From assembly GCF_003918875.1 (NCBI RefSeq), contig NW_025766967.1:310001-374000 (forward strand): a stretch of 64,000 nt of DNA, written 5' to 3'. Positions 63,816-64,000 of this stretch are shown here, piece after piece. The notes beneath the pieces are model-generated. The model had not been told where the DNA came from, ran no database searches, and worked only from the letters and a program-made list of their open reading frames with translations. The position numbers and the translations under genes are program-made. The DNA comes from Haliotis rubra (taxonomy: Eukaryota). How positions within the stretch are numbered: the stretch's first letter is position 1; every line of letters begins with the position of its first letter.

Positions 63816-64000
63816 CCAGGTCTTTGACGATCCTTCACTTCACTGGTGGCCACGTGGTACCTCACAAGTCGACTAGTAACTTTGTGGTTAATGTTCTAGT
63901 TAACATCAACATTACTACAAAATAAGGCTGTGTCAGTGCCAACTACGTCCATCGTGTACTTCTGACAGTCTACGCCTTGTCTTGTCAAGCAACGAAACGT

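Overview
AT-rich, repeat-dense eukaryotic genomic DNA with GT-AG introns. The SINE families look gastropod, probably abalone (Haliotis-like); this is recalled from memory and not verified. Genes read manually, left to right: (1) first coding exon of an SLC16/MCT transporter (-); (2) an intact, essentially single-exon type II membrane GT-B fucosyltransferase-like ORF (+); (3) an 11-exon polypeptide GalNAc-transferase (-) with a ~900-aa repeat-containing stem exon, divergent catalytic and lectin motifs, and about 7 single-base indels (assembly error or recent pseudogene); (4) a tandem array of three cytosolic sulfotransferases (+), one intact, one with a 1-nt frameshift and one pseudogene. Repeats include two Tc1 elements, LINE fragments (one R4/Dong-like RLE), Penelope-like remnants with hammerhead motifs, a MULE remnant, several SINE families (one 5S-derived), MITEs/palindromes and many minisatellites. 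The best candidate for an undescribed system is the fucosyltransferase-like / giant-stem GALNT pair next to the SULT array, but functional linkage is inference only. No database searches were run, so family assignments rest on recognised motifs.
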